A stretch of 64,000 nt of DNA from a virus (taxonomy: Duplodnaviria; Caudoviricetes): IMG/VR virus record IMGVR_UViG_3300021440_000022, positions 382 through 64,381 of that record. One strand, written 5' to 3'. The notes under the pieces are model-generated. The model worked only from the letters and a program-made list of their open reading frames with translations, was not told the DNA's origin and searched no databases. This document shows, piece after piece, positions 8,759 to 18,456 of the stretch (its first letter is position 1; each line of letters starts with the position of its first letter). A program made the translations under genes and the position numbers.

Positions 8759-10366
8759 TCACTTCACCAGGTTGCCCTGCTTGTCGAACTTCATCACCTT
8801 TGGCGCCGCCTTTTGGCCGCCTACGGCCGCGGCCGGCGCCGGCTCTGCCTGGGTGGCCAAGGTCGCCTCGGCTTCGGCGCGCAGATCCTTCGCGCTCTTG
8901 CCGATCCCATCCACGCTCTTTCCGATGTCGCCGGCCAGCTTGTCCACGCGCTTGGCGTAGTCCTGGGCCTTGACCGGCTTGCCGTCCAGCACCAGTTGCT
9001 TCACCGAGCCGTCCCGGAACACGCCGACCATGTAGCCGTCGGCGCCTACCTTCGTGCTCTGGATTGTGGTCGATGGGTCGTTGCCGCTGCCGCGGCCGCC
9101 AGCCGGCCGGGCCGTGCTGATGGTCTTGACCAGCCCCGAGATGGCGGCGTCAGCCTCTTCGTCGGAAAGCGAGCCGCCGTTGCTCTCGCGCTGGCCGTTG
9201 ATGGCGTCGATCTTCTCCTGCGTGGTGCCCGCGCGCTTCTGTGGCGTCGGCTTGGCGTTGCCCTCGATGCGGCGCTCGCTGACGACGCGGCCGCTCTGGT
9301 CCGTGGTCTGCTCCAGCACCGATCCGCCAGCCGGGATTGGCGTCCGCGTGGTGCTGAGCGTCTTCGTCGGCTTCACGCCCACGCTGGAGCGCGCCTGCAG
9401 GTACTCGGCCGGGTTCCACGCGGCTTCGTCCTCTTGCAGCTTGGCCAGCACCGGCGGCGCGTTCAAAACCTCCACCGCCTGCAGCTGCTTCGTCATGCGC
9501 TGCATGAAGTCCTGGACGCCGATCGACTTCACTGGATCGTTGGGGTCAGAACTGCGCCCCTGCGTGAGCGGCGCGTCGTAGTAGCCGGTTGAGCCGTCTG
9601 GCATGCCTGGTGGAACGGGCCCGCGGAAGTCCTTGCCGCTGTTGACAAAGACGCGCATGACCGGGATCACCTTCGGGTTCTCTGGGTCGCTGCTGTTCGG
9701 GTCCGGCACCACGTTGATGATCTGCTTCGCCACGATCTTTCCGTGTGGGCTGTCGGAGCCGACGCCGACGGACAGTTCAGGCGCGTGCAGCACGTTGAGG
9801 CCGCTGATGACGCGCCCCATGTCGTTGCTCTGCAGGCCCTCCAGCACGTTCATGCTAGCCTTTTCGATCGGCGCCATGCCGCCGGGCACGCGGATGTAGT
9901 CCTTGGGATCCCGTCCCGTGGCCACCGTGGCCGCGCGCGCGAGCTGGCCGGGCCCGAGCGTGGCGGGATCGACCTTGCCAGAGGCGATGGCCTCCAGGTC
10001 GGCTTTCCCGGCCTGCTCGGCAGCCGTAAAGTCCATGCCACCGGACGCCTTGGAAAGCAGTTTGCCGCGCGCCTGCCGCAGGCCCTTCACGCGCGTCGCG
10101 AAGTCCTGCTGGCTGGCAGAGTCCCTGGGCACGCCGGAATCGACGACGCCCTGCTCCTCCTCCTGAAGGAGCTTTTCCTGCTGGCCCAGCGAAGCCAGTG
10201 CGTCTGCGTCTGCCTGGCGCTGCCGGGCGATGCCCAGCGACTGCGTGTGCTCGGCGTCCAGCTTTTCCTGGCGCGCCTTCGCGTCCTGGGCGGCCTGGTA
10301 CTGCTGCACGCGCGAGAACCCGGTGTCGATACCGTTGGCGATGGCCTCGCCGATGCTTCGTGCCAT
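8759..10366 (-). CDS. Internal virion / DNA ejection protein
   Basis: 535-aa ORF; coiled-coil N-terminus; position between tail genes and the giant protein. Confidence 0.65.
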   Translation of the reverse strand: MARSIGEAIANGIDTGFSRVQQYQAAQDAKARQEKLDAEHTQSLGIARQRQADADALASLGQQEKLLQEEEQGVVDSGVPRDSASQQDFATRVKGLRQARGKLLSKASGGMDFTAAEQAGKADLEAIASGKVDPATLGPGQLARAATVATGRDPKDYIRVPGGMAPIEKASMNVLEGLQSNDMGRVISGLNVLHAPELSVGVGSDSPHGKIVAKQIINVVPDPNSSDPENPKVIPVMRVFVNSGKDFRGPVPPGMPDGSTGYYDAPLTQGRSSDPNDPVKSIGVQDFMQRMTKQLQAVEVLNAPPVLAKLQEDEAAWNPAEYLQARSSVGVKPTKTLSTTRTPIPAGGSVLEQTTDQSGRVVSERRIEGNAKPTPQKRAGTTQEKIDAINGQRESNGGSLSDEEADAAISGLVKTISTARPAGGRGSGNDPSTTIQSTKVGADGYMVGVFRDGSVKQLVLDGKPVKAQDYAKRVDKLAGDIGKSVDGIGKSAKDLRAEAEATLATQAEPAPAAAVGGQKAAPKVMKFDKQGNLVK

Positions 10367-10375
10367 GAAGTGCTC

Positions 10376-10669
10376 CTAGAAAAGTCCACCGATGAGGCCG
10401 CCAAGCGTGCCGCCAATGGCCGTGCCAGCTGGGCCCCAGGCAGAGCCGATCACAGCACCAGCCGTGGAGCCCAGCTGCGCGTTCCCAGCCTTGGCCTCCT
10501 GCTCCATGTTGGCGTTGGCCGCATCGGTGGCTGCCGCGCCCCGTGCCGCGGCGCCGATGGTGCTGGTGGAGCTTTGCAGGTCCTGCTGGCCCAGCGATGC
10601 CACCGATGGCCCCGAGATGCGCGGCCGGGCCGGGATCGCCTGCGCGAGCCCGAATGTTCCTGTCCTCAT
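10376..10669 (-). CDS. Small Gly/Ala-rich virion (ejection/pilot-like) protein
   Basis: C-terminal glycine zipper GAVIGSAWGPAGTAIGGTLGGLIGGLF; GGAGG RBS. Confidence 0.65.
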   Translation of the reverse strand: MRTGTFGLAQAIPARPRISGPSVASLGQQDLQSSTSTIGAAARGAAATDAANANMEQEAKAGNAQLGSTAGAVIGSAWGPAGTAIGGTLGGLIGGLF

Positions 10670-11094
10670 AGTCCACCTCCAAGGATTGCCTGCTGGCGCT
10701 GCAGCGTGAGGTCGCGCGCCCGGTTCGCAGCGCCTGAAGTCGCAGTCGCCCGCGCCAGGGCCAGCGACCGGTTGGCAACGACCTGCTGTTCCGGATCCAG
10801 CCCGCCCAGCGGCCGGAGCCGGCGCTCTGTGGCCGCCGCCTGGCGGTCGAAGGCGCTGGACACGTCCTGCTGGGCCGACTGCATGGCTGTGGCCGCCTGG
10901 GTCGGATCCATGGCGTACTCGATGTACTTGTTCTCGTAGGGAATGAACACGCCAGCGTAGTCGGCGAACTGCTGCCGTGTCATTGCCGCCTGGATCTGCT
11001 CCGGGGTCCCGCCGGCCAGCGTCTGGCCGTAGAAGTTCGTGTTGCTGGTGGTCGGCTGCTGGTACTGCCTGAACGCGGAAGAAAGTACGGGCAT
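10666..11094 (-). CDS. Virion/ejection-associated protein
   Basis: Start MPVLSS after GGAGG; Ala/Gln-rich helical; overlapping start-stop. Confidence 0.6.
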   Translation of the reverse strand: MPVLSSAFRQYQQPTTSNTNFYGQTLAGGTPEQIQAAMTRQQFADYAGVFIPYENKYIEYAMDPTQAATAMQSAQQDVSSAFDRQAAATERRLRPLGGLDPEQQVVANRSLALARATATSGAANRARDLTLQRQQAILGGGL

Positions 11095-11095
11095 G

Positions 11096-11725
11096 TCAGC
11101 GACCTCCCCTGAGTGAATTGGGCAACGTCGTGCCGCGGTAGTCCTCGGTGTTCGGCTGCACGCCGTTTGAGCCCGACCACAGGGCGGCGGCGGTGCCAAG
11201 GCCCTGGCCCACCAGGCCGGCGGCGCCGATGCTGCTCTGCAGTGACCTCTGGGCCGCATCCCGGGCCTGCTGGCCGCTGATGTCGGCGGCCGTGCTGGCG
11301 CTATCGATGGCCGTCGCCTGCTGGCCGCGGCCGGCGGCTATGGCGCGGCCGAGGCCGGACACGTACTGGTCCTCTGCGCCCTGGTCTGCCGCCACGGCAC
11401 CGAACCCCGCTGACGTGGCGGCATCGGCCCCCATGTCCACGGCGCTGAGCTTGTGCGCGGCCGAGCCGAGTTCTCCGCGGCCGGCGGCCACGGCGTCGGC
11501 CTGCTGGCCAGCCTGACCGAAAGCGGCCGCGTTCTCGGCGCTGGTCTGGCCCAGCGACCGCGTGCGCTCGAAGGACCCGGGCTCGTGCGCGCTCGTGATC
11601 TGGGCGGCAAAGGTCTTGAGCGCTGGCAACTCACGCTGCCGGAACCGCTGGGCCTGGAACTGGGCGATCTTCAGCAGCTCCTGCTGCTGAGGTGTCTGCT
11701 CGACCGTTCCGTCGTGGGTGCTCAT
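11096..11725 (-). CDS. Ala/Gln-rich virion/ejection protein
   Basis: AGGAG RBS before MSTHDG; helical composition; synteny. Confidence 0.6.
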   Translation of the reverse strand: MSTHDGTVEQTPQQQELLKIAQFQAQRFRQRELPALKTFAAQITSAHEPGSFERTRSLGQTSAENAAAFGQAGQQADAVAAGRGELGSAAHKLSAVDMGADAATSAGFGAVAADQGAEDQYVSGLGRAIAAGRGQQATAIDSASTAADISGQQARDAAQRSLQSSIGAAGLVGQGLGTAAALWSGSNGVQPNTEDYRGTTLPNSLRGGR

Positions 11726-12108
11726 TGAACGCTCCTGACGTAGAGGCCGTCTCGCACGGCCCACTCTTTTCCCAGCAACCTCGCCCAGCCGCGGCGCATC
11801 GTCTCGAACGCGAGCTCGTGGGCACCAAACTCGCGGGCCACCTGCAGCATTTCCTGTTCGTGCGCTGCAAACGCGCCAGGCGAACCGTCCGACACCGCCA
11901 GCATGACCACGAGCCGGATTATCGGCCCGGCCACCACCGGGGTCACCACCACCACGCCGCGAGGGCTAGCCAGACACACGGCAGCGCCGGCCTGGCACCG
12001 CTGCAGCAACTTGTCCAGCAGCGCCTCCTTCATGCCGCTGCGGCCGGCCCGGGCCAGCACGAACGGCCAGCAGGCGGTGGCGTCGGCGATGCCCAGGCCG
12101 GCCGCCAT
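11722..12108 (-). CDS. Tail-region protein, possibly degenerate GNAT fold
   Basis: C-terminal AREFGAHELAFETMRRGWARLL resembles podophage tail-associated GNAT-like proteins. Confidence 0.45.
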   Translation of the reverse strand: MAAGLGIADATACWPFVLARAGRSGMKEALLDKLLQRCQAGAAVCLASPRGVVVVTPVVAGPIIRLVVMLAVSDGSPGAFAAHEQEMLQVAREFGAHELAFETMRRGWARLLGKEWAVRDGLYVRSVQ

Positions 12109-12473
12109 CAGGCGACGCCGATCTCACCTTCGCCCGTCACCACCAGTGCGTTGGCGGTTCCTGATAGGCCAGTGAGGAAGTCGGTGGTGTCCAGCCGGAG
12201 CGCCCCGTACCAGTGGTCCGTGGACTTCCCGGCCACTTCCTTCGCTGTGCCAACAACCTCGGTGCCTGACGCCGACGCGCCAGTCGCGCCGAGGTAGAGA
12301 CTGTAGGTTGCCGTCGTCGGCGTGCGGTTCACCACCTGAAGGTGCCGGATGAGGATGTAGAGGTCAGGTGTGCCGGCCCCGACGCCACCGGTTGTTCCGG
12401 GCGGGTTCAACAGGTCAGCGATCACCGTGCCAAGCGCGACCGGCCCGAACCTGAATGCCTTGTTTGATGCCAT
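12108..12473 (-). CDS. Beta-rich virion/tail accessory protein
   Basis: 121-aa ORF with RBS; coupled to the next gene. Confidence 0.55.
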   Translation of the reverse strand: MASNKAFRFGPVALGTVIADLLNPPGTTGGVGAGTPDLYILIRHLQVVNRTPTTATYSLYLGATGASASGTEVVGTAKEVAGKSTDHWYGALRLDTTDFLTGLSGTANALVVTGEGEIGVA

Positions 12474-12500
12474 GACTTTGCCTTTTCTAAGCGTCCACGC

Positions 12501-13226
12501 TCATACCGGGTTGATGATGAACCAAGCCACATCACTGGTATCTGTCGGGTCCGCAGAGAGAATTGTGAATGAAGTTCCTCCCGAGCGAGCCGATACCGCC
12601 AATGCGGCTGGAATTGCAATGGTTCCTAGATTCTGCGCTGTCAGTTGAATACGGCTACTACCGGTCACTGCTGTCGTGTTCACAACAACAGTCCCGCCGA
12701 CAAGGGTAGCTACGCCAGAGCGGGCGTTTGATCCTTCGGCCACATCCAGGCCTTTACCAGCCGTGAGAATCTGCAAACTCGCGCCGATGGCAAGGATGTC
12801 ACCAGCCGCACTAGATGATTTCTGAAGCGTCAGGTTCCTGCCGAATACCAGTTCAGCATCCGCATCGGTGGCACCGGCTCCATTCATCGTCAGGTGGCAA
12901 CCATTCTTTGTCGAGTTCCCACCGGTTCGCAGCGTGACACTACCGGTGGTGCCTGTGCCAGGATCTGCCTCCGTCTCAAGCTGGAAGTCGCCGAAGCCGA
13001 GTGGAAGGAGCAACTGCGACGCAAGTGCCGGGGCCGCGTCAGAGCGCATTGCCGTGGTAGCCACCCCATTAACCTCGGTGAAGTTGATCTGTTCTATCGG
13101 ATCGTCGAACGGAGTCACAAGCTCGCTCAGCGTGGCCTTGCTTGTGATGCCGCTTTGGACCAACGGGATAACTTCAGTGCCGTCCAGTGGGTTAGCGTGA
13201 GTTGGTAAAGCTGAAATGGTAGGCAT
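12501..13226 (-). CDS. Tail fibre/spike-like protein
   Basis: Thr/Gly/Ser-rich, beta-prone; visibly lower GC than neighbours. Confidence 0.55.
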   Translation of the reverse strand: MPTISALPTHANPLDGTEVIPLVQSGITSKATLSELVTPFDDPIEQINFTEVNGVATTAMRSDAAPALASQLLLPLGFGDFQLETEADPGTGTTGSVTLRTGGNSTKNGCHLTMNGAGATDADAELVFGRNLTLQKSSSAAGDILAIGASLQILTAGKGLDVAEGSNARSGVATLVGGTVVVNTTAVTGSSRIQLTAQNLGTIAIPAALAVSARSGGTSFTILSADPTDTSDVAWFIINPV

Positions 13227-13229
13227 TGA

Positions 13230-13748
13230 TTACCCCAGTAGGATGGCATCGCCACCTTCAGTTAGTAGCGCCCGACCTTCTTCGTCCCAAAGAAAACTGT
13301 CACCCCCCGGGCTAGAAGTCCCAGTGACCTGCTGGAGCACGATGGTGTACTCGTCGCCTCCGCAGTCGTCACAGCCTTGCGCCGCCATGGGCCCAGGCGG
13401 TCCAGTAGGTCCGGGCGGTCCCGGTGGGCCGGCCAGGCCGTCTTCGCCGTCGTCGCCCATCTGCATGGCCAGGTAGGTCGTCGGCTGCCGTGCCGTGGTT
13501 GCCGCTGTGACCTGCTGCGCCAGTTTCTCCAGGGCTTTCTGTAGGCCAACAATCTGCGCCTGCAGGGCCTCCAGCGTGTCCTGTGGGGAACTGGCGTCGA
13601 GCGTGTTGAACGCCCGATTCACTGCCGCATCGATTTTGTCCAGCCGCGTGCGGATCTGGTCCACTGCAGCCCGGGTTGCTACCAGGTCCAGCGCCATCGG
13701 AATCGATGGCCGCCCGTCCAGCACCAGGCGTCTACCGGTCGTGGCCAT
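13230..13748 (-). CDS. Tail fibre-associated protein with coiled coil and short collagen-like GPP repeat
   Basis: GDDGEDGLAGPPGPPGPTGPPGPM. Confidence 0.6.
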   Translation of the reverse strand: MATTGRRLVLDGRPSIPMALDLVATRAAVDQIRTRLDKIDAAVNRAFNTLDASSPQDTLEALQAQIVGLQKALEKLAQQVTAATTARQPTTYLAMQMGDDGEDGLAGPPGPPGPTGPPGPMAAQGCDDCGGDEYTIVLQQVTGTSSPGGDSFLWDEEGRALLTEGGDAILLG

Positions 13749-14239
13749 CAGCCGAACTCCCTCATGTCGTCAACCAGCAGCGTCTCGCGCACACGGCTCG
13801 TGCCCACCAGTTCAATCTCGTAGGTGTCGTAGTTCTCGCGCGCCGGCACCGTGAACGTGTTGCCGCTGCTGACCACCCGCTGCTTGAGCAGCACGCCGTC
13901 GCCGTAGTGCGCGACCAGCAGGTTGTCGTAGGACACAGCCCTGACCCTGCCAATGCGCAGCGACTGGGCATAGGCCAGCAGGTTCAGTTTTCCCTTCCAC
14001 CGGTAGACCATGTCGCCGTCTCCATCCTCCGAGTCGAACTCGAAGATCTTCAGGCCGTTCGGAACCACCGCCGTGCTGGCAGTCGGCAGCAGCACGTCGG
14101 TCGGCTCCGTGTTGACGTCCAAGACCTCGTAGAGTGCATCGGTTTCCGGGTCAACGAACACCGCCGTGGCGTGGTGTGAAAGCCGCGTCAGGCCGGAGCC
14201 GTTCGCCTTCACGTCGAGTGCGTAGCTTCCGCTTGCCAT
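13748..14239 (-). CDS. C-terminal segment of tail nozzle/head-closure protein (split gene, part 3)
   Basis: AVFVDPETDALY...YRWKGK...YEIELVGTSRVRETLLVDDMRE resembles the C-terminus of 933W/Bcep22-type tail protein (from recall). Confidence 0.6.
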   Translation of the reverse strand: MASGSYALDVKANGSGLTRLSHHATAVFVDPETDALYEVLDVNTEPTDVLLPTASTAVVPNGLKIFEFDSEDGDGDMVYRWKGKLNLLAYAQSLRIGRVRAVSYDNLLVAHYGDGVLLKQRVVSSGNTFTVPARENYDTYEIELVGTSRVRETLLVDDMREFG

Positions 14240-14854
14240 TCAAGCCTCCAAGTCGCCGGATAGCGTAGGTGAGACCAATCCCTGCAACCAGCGCTTGGCG
14301 TTGACGACGGAACGCATGTAGCTGGGCCACAGCCTGGCGCCACTTGGCCCTGGCCGCCAGTCGTACCGCGGCACCGGATCGTAGATGAATCCCTGCTGTG
14401 CCAGCGTGCCATAGGCGATCACCTCCCAGGCATAGCAGCCGGCCGGCCAATCGATCGCGCGCAGGGCTGCGACATTGCACACCACGCCGTGGTGGACCAG
14501 TGCATGCTCGCGCAGGTAGGCCTGCAGCGTGAACGGCGCCGTGGCGCCGGGCCGTCCATGCACGGTCTCTGCCATGTAGCCGATGGGTACGCCGGCCGCC
14601 GCGGCGCGCTCGACGAGTGCTTCGCACGCTGGCACGAAGTCGTCGGCCAGCACGTCCTCGCCGCCATCCACGAAACACAGCCACTCCGCGGTGCTGCTGG
14701 CCACGGCCTCCAGCCGGCGGCGATAGAGCGCGGCGCCGTGCCGATCGGCCAGCGGCATACAGCGCAGGCATGGCATCTGCCGGATTGATTGGTTGCCCAA
14801 AGCGATGAAATCAATTGGGCTCGTATGCATATGAAGCGCCGGAATAAAACTCAC
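14240..14854 (-). CDS. Glycosyltransferase-like (GT-A/GT2) protein; start uncertain
   Basis: RRRLEAV..STAEWLCFVDGGEDVL, a GT2-like 'F.D.DD.L' region; later HH motif. Confidence 0.5.
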   Translation of the reverse strand: MSFIPALHMHTSPIDFIALGNQSIRQMPCLRCMPLADRHGAALYRRRLEAVASSTAEWLCFVDGGEDVLADDFVPACEALVERAAAAGVPIGYMAETVHGRPGATAPFTLQAYLREHALVHHGVVCNVAALRAIDWPAGCYAWEVIAYGTLAQQGFIYDPVPRYDWRPGPSGARLWPSYMRSVVNAKRWLQGLVSPTLSGDLEA

Positions 14855-16601
14855 CAGGCAAGAAAGTTATTGTTGTGAACCCAGATTCACCTTCTAAAAA
14901 TAGAAGGCCTCCACCGTCCCCGAAGTCCATATTGCATGTAATAACCCATGTATACCCAGACCATATGCCGTCACTTGGATCTAGCGCAGAAAAGGTAGGC
15001 GCCGGTTCGCCGCCAATACTCGGGTACCAGTTAACCCCCTCAATTATCACTGGAGCCTCAGCCGGGCCATTCACTGGCACGTATACTAAATTACTTGCAA
15101 CATTGGCGGATGTTGCATAACTTGCACTTAACCCCTCCTCCCATGGAATGGTTGTACCTAGAACTTCATAAGTCCCGAATGCGCGCGCACATGGGGTGGT
15201 GCTGCTTCCAACGCTATACACAAGCCAATCGGCTGCTGAGGGTGCCTCTTCTGTCTCCCACCACCAGTGCAACACACCATCATGCACGGCTGCAATGATG
15301 GACGAAGGGTTCGTCTCTCTCCACTGGCGCTTGGTGAAGACGTTCTCGGTCAGGTTGCGCAGGTTCCCCGCTGAGCCGGCGCACAGTTGGTATCCATCCG
15401 GTGACGCGAAGGCCACGCCCTGGCCGTCCAGGTACACCATGCTGCGCTTCGACACGCAGGCCTGGCTCTCGCCGGGCTCGCTCATGACGTAGCTGCCCGG
15501 ATCCGTGCCGGTGCAGGTGTATGCACGGCCCTCGGTGCCGACGACGATGGTGTTCCCGACTTTTCCGATGGCCACGATGTTGAACTCGCACGAGTGGCGC
15601 TGCTGCAGCGGCCACGCGTGCGGCCAGCCGGCGGCACTGATGCACAGCTGCTTGCCGACGAAGCCACAGTAGGCGCCGCTGGGCAGAGCCATGATCCCGC
15701 GCAGGCCGTCCGGCGGCAGGTCAAAGTTCTGCGACAGGAGTTCATCGGGCCCGACCTCGTTGTCGGCGAGGTTGTCAACGAAGTCGGCCTGGGCCAGTGG
15801 GATCTCAGCCACCAGCAGGAACAGGTCGCCAGTCAGCGCCTGCACCACGCGGTAGATGCGTTTTAGCGTGACTGCGGGGTAGCCGACTGGAGCCGTGGTG
15901 CTGGTCGTCACCGTGACCTGCACACCGTCAGGCCGCAGGACGTTGGCTGTGGGCAGGCTCGGCACCGACTCCCAGCCGCGGTTGTTGACGAAGGTGTAGA
16001 CGTAGGCCGTGGACGTCAGCTTCGGCACGAACCCGGTGGCGCCAGATGCCTGCACGCGGATGTTCTTGACGTCGAAGGTGCTGGCGCTCCCCAGCTGGTC
16101 GAAGCAGCTGTGGAAGCCGCAGTAGGGCCCGCGGGGCACGTTGACTGTCGCCGTCAGCGTGCCCAGGTCGTTGTCGGACAGATCGCGCACCGTGGCCGTG
16201 ACGGTGGTGCTGTCGTCTTCTTTGACCTCGGCCTTGATGTGCATCCGCCAGAACGTGTTGACCGCCAGGCCCGCCACCGTCGTGCCGTCGATGAACGATC
16301 CCTGCTGCGCCCACGAACCGGTCGTGCCGATTCCAAGTGACCACACGGCGCCGGCGTGCTCGATCGCGACGACGATGCCGTCCCCAGTCTCTGACCTGTA
16401 GATTCCCCACTCCGCGCGCGAACGCCCGGCGACGTCGTTCACCTCCCAGTCGCTGGTGAACTCGCACAGGGTCGCATCTTCAATGCCGAAGTTCCTGGCG
16501 GCGAAGGTGGGGATGCCACCGCCCTGGGTGTCGCGCCACTGCAGGCGGATGACGGTGTCTCCGCCGACAACCACCTGGGATACCGATGACTCGAATGCCA
16601 T
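14811..16601 (-). CDS. Middle segment of tail nozzle/head-closure protein, with extra N-terminal beta domain and low-GC C-terminal extension (split gene, part 2)
   Basis: YVYTFVNNRGWESVPS, KRIYR, LPPDGLRGI..LPSG..CGF.G, WPHAWP, QACVSKRSMV, FASPDG. Confidence 0.75.
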   Translation of the reverse strand: MAFESSVSQVVVGGDTVIRLQWRDTQGGGIPTFAARNFGIEDATLCEFTSDWEVNDVAGRSRAEWGIYRSETGDGIVVAIEHAGAVWSLGIGTTGSWAQQGSFIDGTTVAGLAVNTFWRMHIKAEVKEDDSTTVTATVRDLSDNDLGTLTATVNVPRGPYCGFHSCFDQLGSASTFDVKNIRVQASGATGFVPKLTSTAYVYTFVNNRGWESVPSLPTANVLRPDGVQVTVTTSTTAPVGYPAVTLKRIYRVVQALTGDLFLLVAEIPLAQADFVDNLADNEVGPDELLSQNFDLPPDGLRGIMALPSGAYCGFVGKQLCISAAGWPHAWPLQQRHSCEFNIVAIGKVGNTIVVGTEGRAYTCTGTDPGSYVMSEPGESQACVSKRSMVYLDGQGVAFASPDGYQLCAGSAGNLRNLTENVFTKRQWRETNPSSIIAAVHDGVLHWWWETEEAPSAADWLVYSVGSSTTPCARAFGTYEVLGTTIPWEEGLSASYATSANVASNLVYVPVNGPAEAPVIIEGVNWYPSIGGEPAPTFSALDPSDGIWSGYTWVITCNMDFGDGGGLLFLEGESGFTTITFLPGEFYSGASYAYEPN

Positions 16602-16605
16602 GCGC

Positions 16606-17136
16606 TCAGTCCGAGAAGGGGATGGTTGGCGACGAGATCCAGGACTGCGCGAGCTGGTCGCCGGGGTCGGTCACGTCGATTGAAAACGTCGTCGGGCTGT
16701 TGTCCACCCCGAGCGCCAGCACTGGGATGTCGCTCGGCCCGGGGACGCCCAGCGGAAGCAGGCTGCCGGTGACGGGGAAAGGCTCGGATCCAGTCGTGGC
16801 GGCCGCGTAGGTCGTGTATACGGGCGTGTCGAACAGTTCCGGGCACGTCAGTAGCAACAGCCCATCTGGATCGTCCTCGACAACGTTGCGGGCGATGTCC
16901 ACGTCTTCGTTGAACGAAAGCCAGGCGTTGGCGCTGGTGGTCGGGTGCTGGGCGAGGAAGATCGTTTGCACCGTGCCCGTGTTGGCCAAAGCCTTGGTCT
17001 GGGCGAACTGCTTGAACGGCTGCAGGTTCCCAGTCTCCATGCGGCAGTTGATCGCCACCTGGGCGGCCTGGTCTGGCAGCGCCTCCGGCGCGATGTGCGG
17101 AAGTTCGCCACGGAACTCGTTGGTGCCGATTCGCAT
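16606..17136 (-). CDS. N-terminal segment of tail nozzle/head-closure protein (split gene, part 1)
   Basis: FRGELPHIAPEALPDQAAQVAINC...WLSF..DVDIAR...LGVPGP, typical N-terminus of this family. Confidence 0.7.
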   Translation of the reverse strand: MRIGTNEFRGELPHIAPEALPDQAAQVAINCRMETGNLQPFKQFAQTKALANTGTVQTIFLAQHPTTSANAWLSFNEDVDIARNVVEDDPDGLLLLTCPELFDTPVYTTYAAATTGSEPFPVTGSLLPLGVPGPSDIPVLALGVDNSPTTFSIDVTDPGDQLAQSWISSPTIPFSD

Positions 17137-17143
17137 GGCCGCC

Positions 17144-17812
17144 TCAAATCTTCAGCACGCGCGAGCGCGTGCGTGTGTTTGGAGCCCCGCCGACGGTGCT
17201 GACCCGGCTGCCGGCGTTGTGCTTGCGATCCGCCAGCGCGCTGTAGGTCCCGACGTTCGACTCGTACATGCGGCCGTTCATGTCGGCGCCGCGTGGATCG
17301 CTCCACGGCATGCCGACGATGGCCTTGACGCGGGCCAGCACGCCATACTCGATGGCCTGGTCGCACTCGTCAGCTAGCCGGCTGTCGATCGACGTCGAGT
17401 CTTTCTTGGGCCGCATGAAGGCCTCCACGACAAGGTCGTAGGCAGCGGCTGGCGGCGGATTTAGCTTGAACTGACCGGTCATGACGTACTCCCAGCGTTC
17501 GGGGATGTCGCTGGCAGCGTCAGGGTCCCAGAACTCTGACGCCTGCTCAACCAGCTGCCTGGTTTTGGTCGCCGACTCCAGCAGGTCGATCGAGAACACG
17601 CCAAAGAGGTCGTTGTACGTGTCGGCCGTGATCGTGTAGCTCACCTGATCCACCGCCGTGGCGATGCCGGTCACGGTCTTGGTCAGCCAGCGCGTACGCT
17701 CGCAGAAGTCGCGGCAGACGTCGATGTAGTTGCGGACCAGCGTCGGCCGTGGGCACTCCCGGCACTGCTCCGCGATCGACTCCAGCAAGGTCACCACATC
17801 GGTTTGAGCCAT
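17144..17812 (-). CDS. Head-tail adaptor (tail tubular A-like)
   Basis: CP......DFCERT...AIEYGVLAR...MPWSDP pattern; synteny. Confidence 0.7.
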   Translation of the reverse strand: MAQTDVVTLLESIAEQCRECPRPTLVRNYIDVCRDFCERTRWLTKTVTGIATAVDQVSYTITADTYNDLFGVFSIDLLESATKTRQLVEQASEFWDPDAASDIPERWEYVMTGQFKLNPPPAAAYDLVVEAFMRPKKDSTSIDSRLADECDQAIEYGVLARVKAIVGMPWSDPRGADMNGRMYESNVGTYSALADRKHNAGSRVSTVGGAPNTRTRSRVLKI

Positions 17813-18456
17813 CACGAACCCCCTGGTGCGCCAGTGCGCGGCGCCAGCGCCATGCCGGCCTGGGCATTGAGCCCGAGCATGGCCATGGCCTTGTTCTCGT
17901 AGTAGGTCGCCTTCTCCACGTCGCGCTTGACCGAGTTTGCGCTGTAGCACTCGGCCAGCGTCAGCGCGTCGATGACGGGCTTGTAGATGTCGTTCACTGT
18001 CAGGTCGTTGCCGGCTGCAGTCAGCCGTGTCGGCACCTTCGACACCAGCGCCTTCACGGAGCCGTCGCCCGTGTTCGGCGGGTAGACGCGGAAGACCGTC
18101 TTTGCCCGGGCATCGTGGATCCAGTGGACGACGTCATCCTCCGGCGTTGCCGCCGCCCAGTTCCTGGCGCCGTTGTCGAGCATGCTCCTCGGCGCCAGCG
18201 TCACCACTGCGCCGCTGTCGATGTTGTGATAGATGTCCAGGATCGCAACGTGCGTGCCGTCCAGTTCCTGAACGGTGCCGGCAGTGAGGGTGAGGTCTGC
18301 CATGGACTGGCCGAGGTCAGGCCGGGCCAGCACCGCCTTGAACTGGGCGGTGTTGATGAAGTCCAGCAGGTCGGTGTCGCTGAACCAGTCGCCCGGGCTG
18401 GGATCCAGCAGCACCAGGCGGACCGATGCGATGACCTGGGTGCCGGTAATGCTCAC
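17812..18456 (-). CDS. Head-tail adaptor (DUF6682-like)
   Basis: WFSDTDLLDFIN.AQ...RPD...FRVYPP motif. Confidence 0.7.
   Translation of the reverse strand: MSITGTQVIASVRLVLLDPSPGDWFSDTDLLDFINTAQFKAVLARPDLGQSMADLTLTAGTVQELDGTHVAILDIYHNIDSGAVVTLAPRSMLDNGARNWAAATPEDDVVHWIHDARAKTVFRVYPPNTGDGSVKALVSKVPTRLTAAGNDLTVNDIYKPVIDALTLAECYSANSVKRDVEKATYYENKAMAMLGLNAQAGMALAPRTGAPGGS

Noticed and set aside
14811-15230. Diversity-generating retroelement target in the AT-rich tail segment
   Set aside because: No reverse transcriptase and no template repeat seen.
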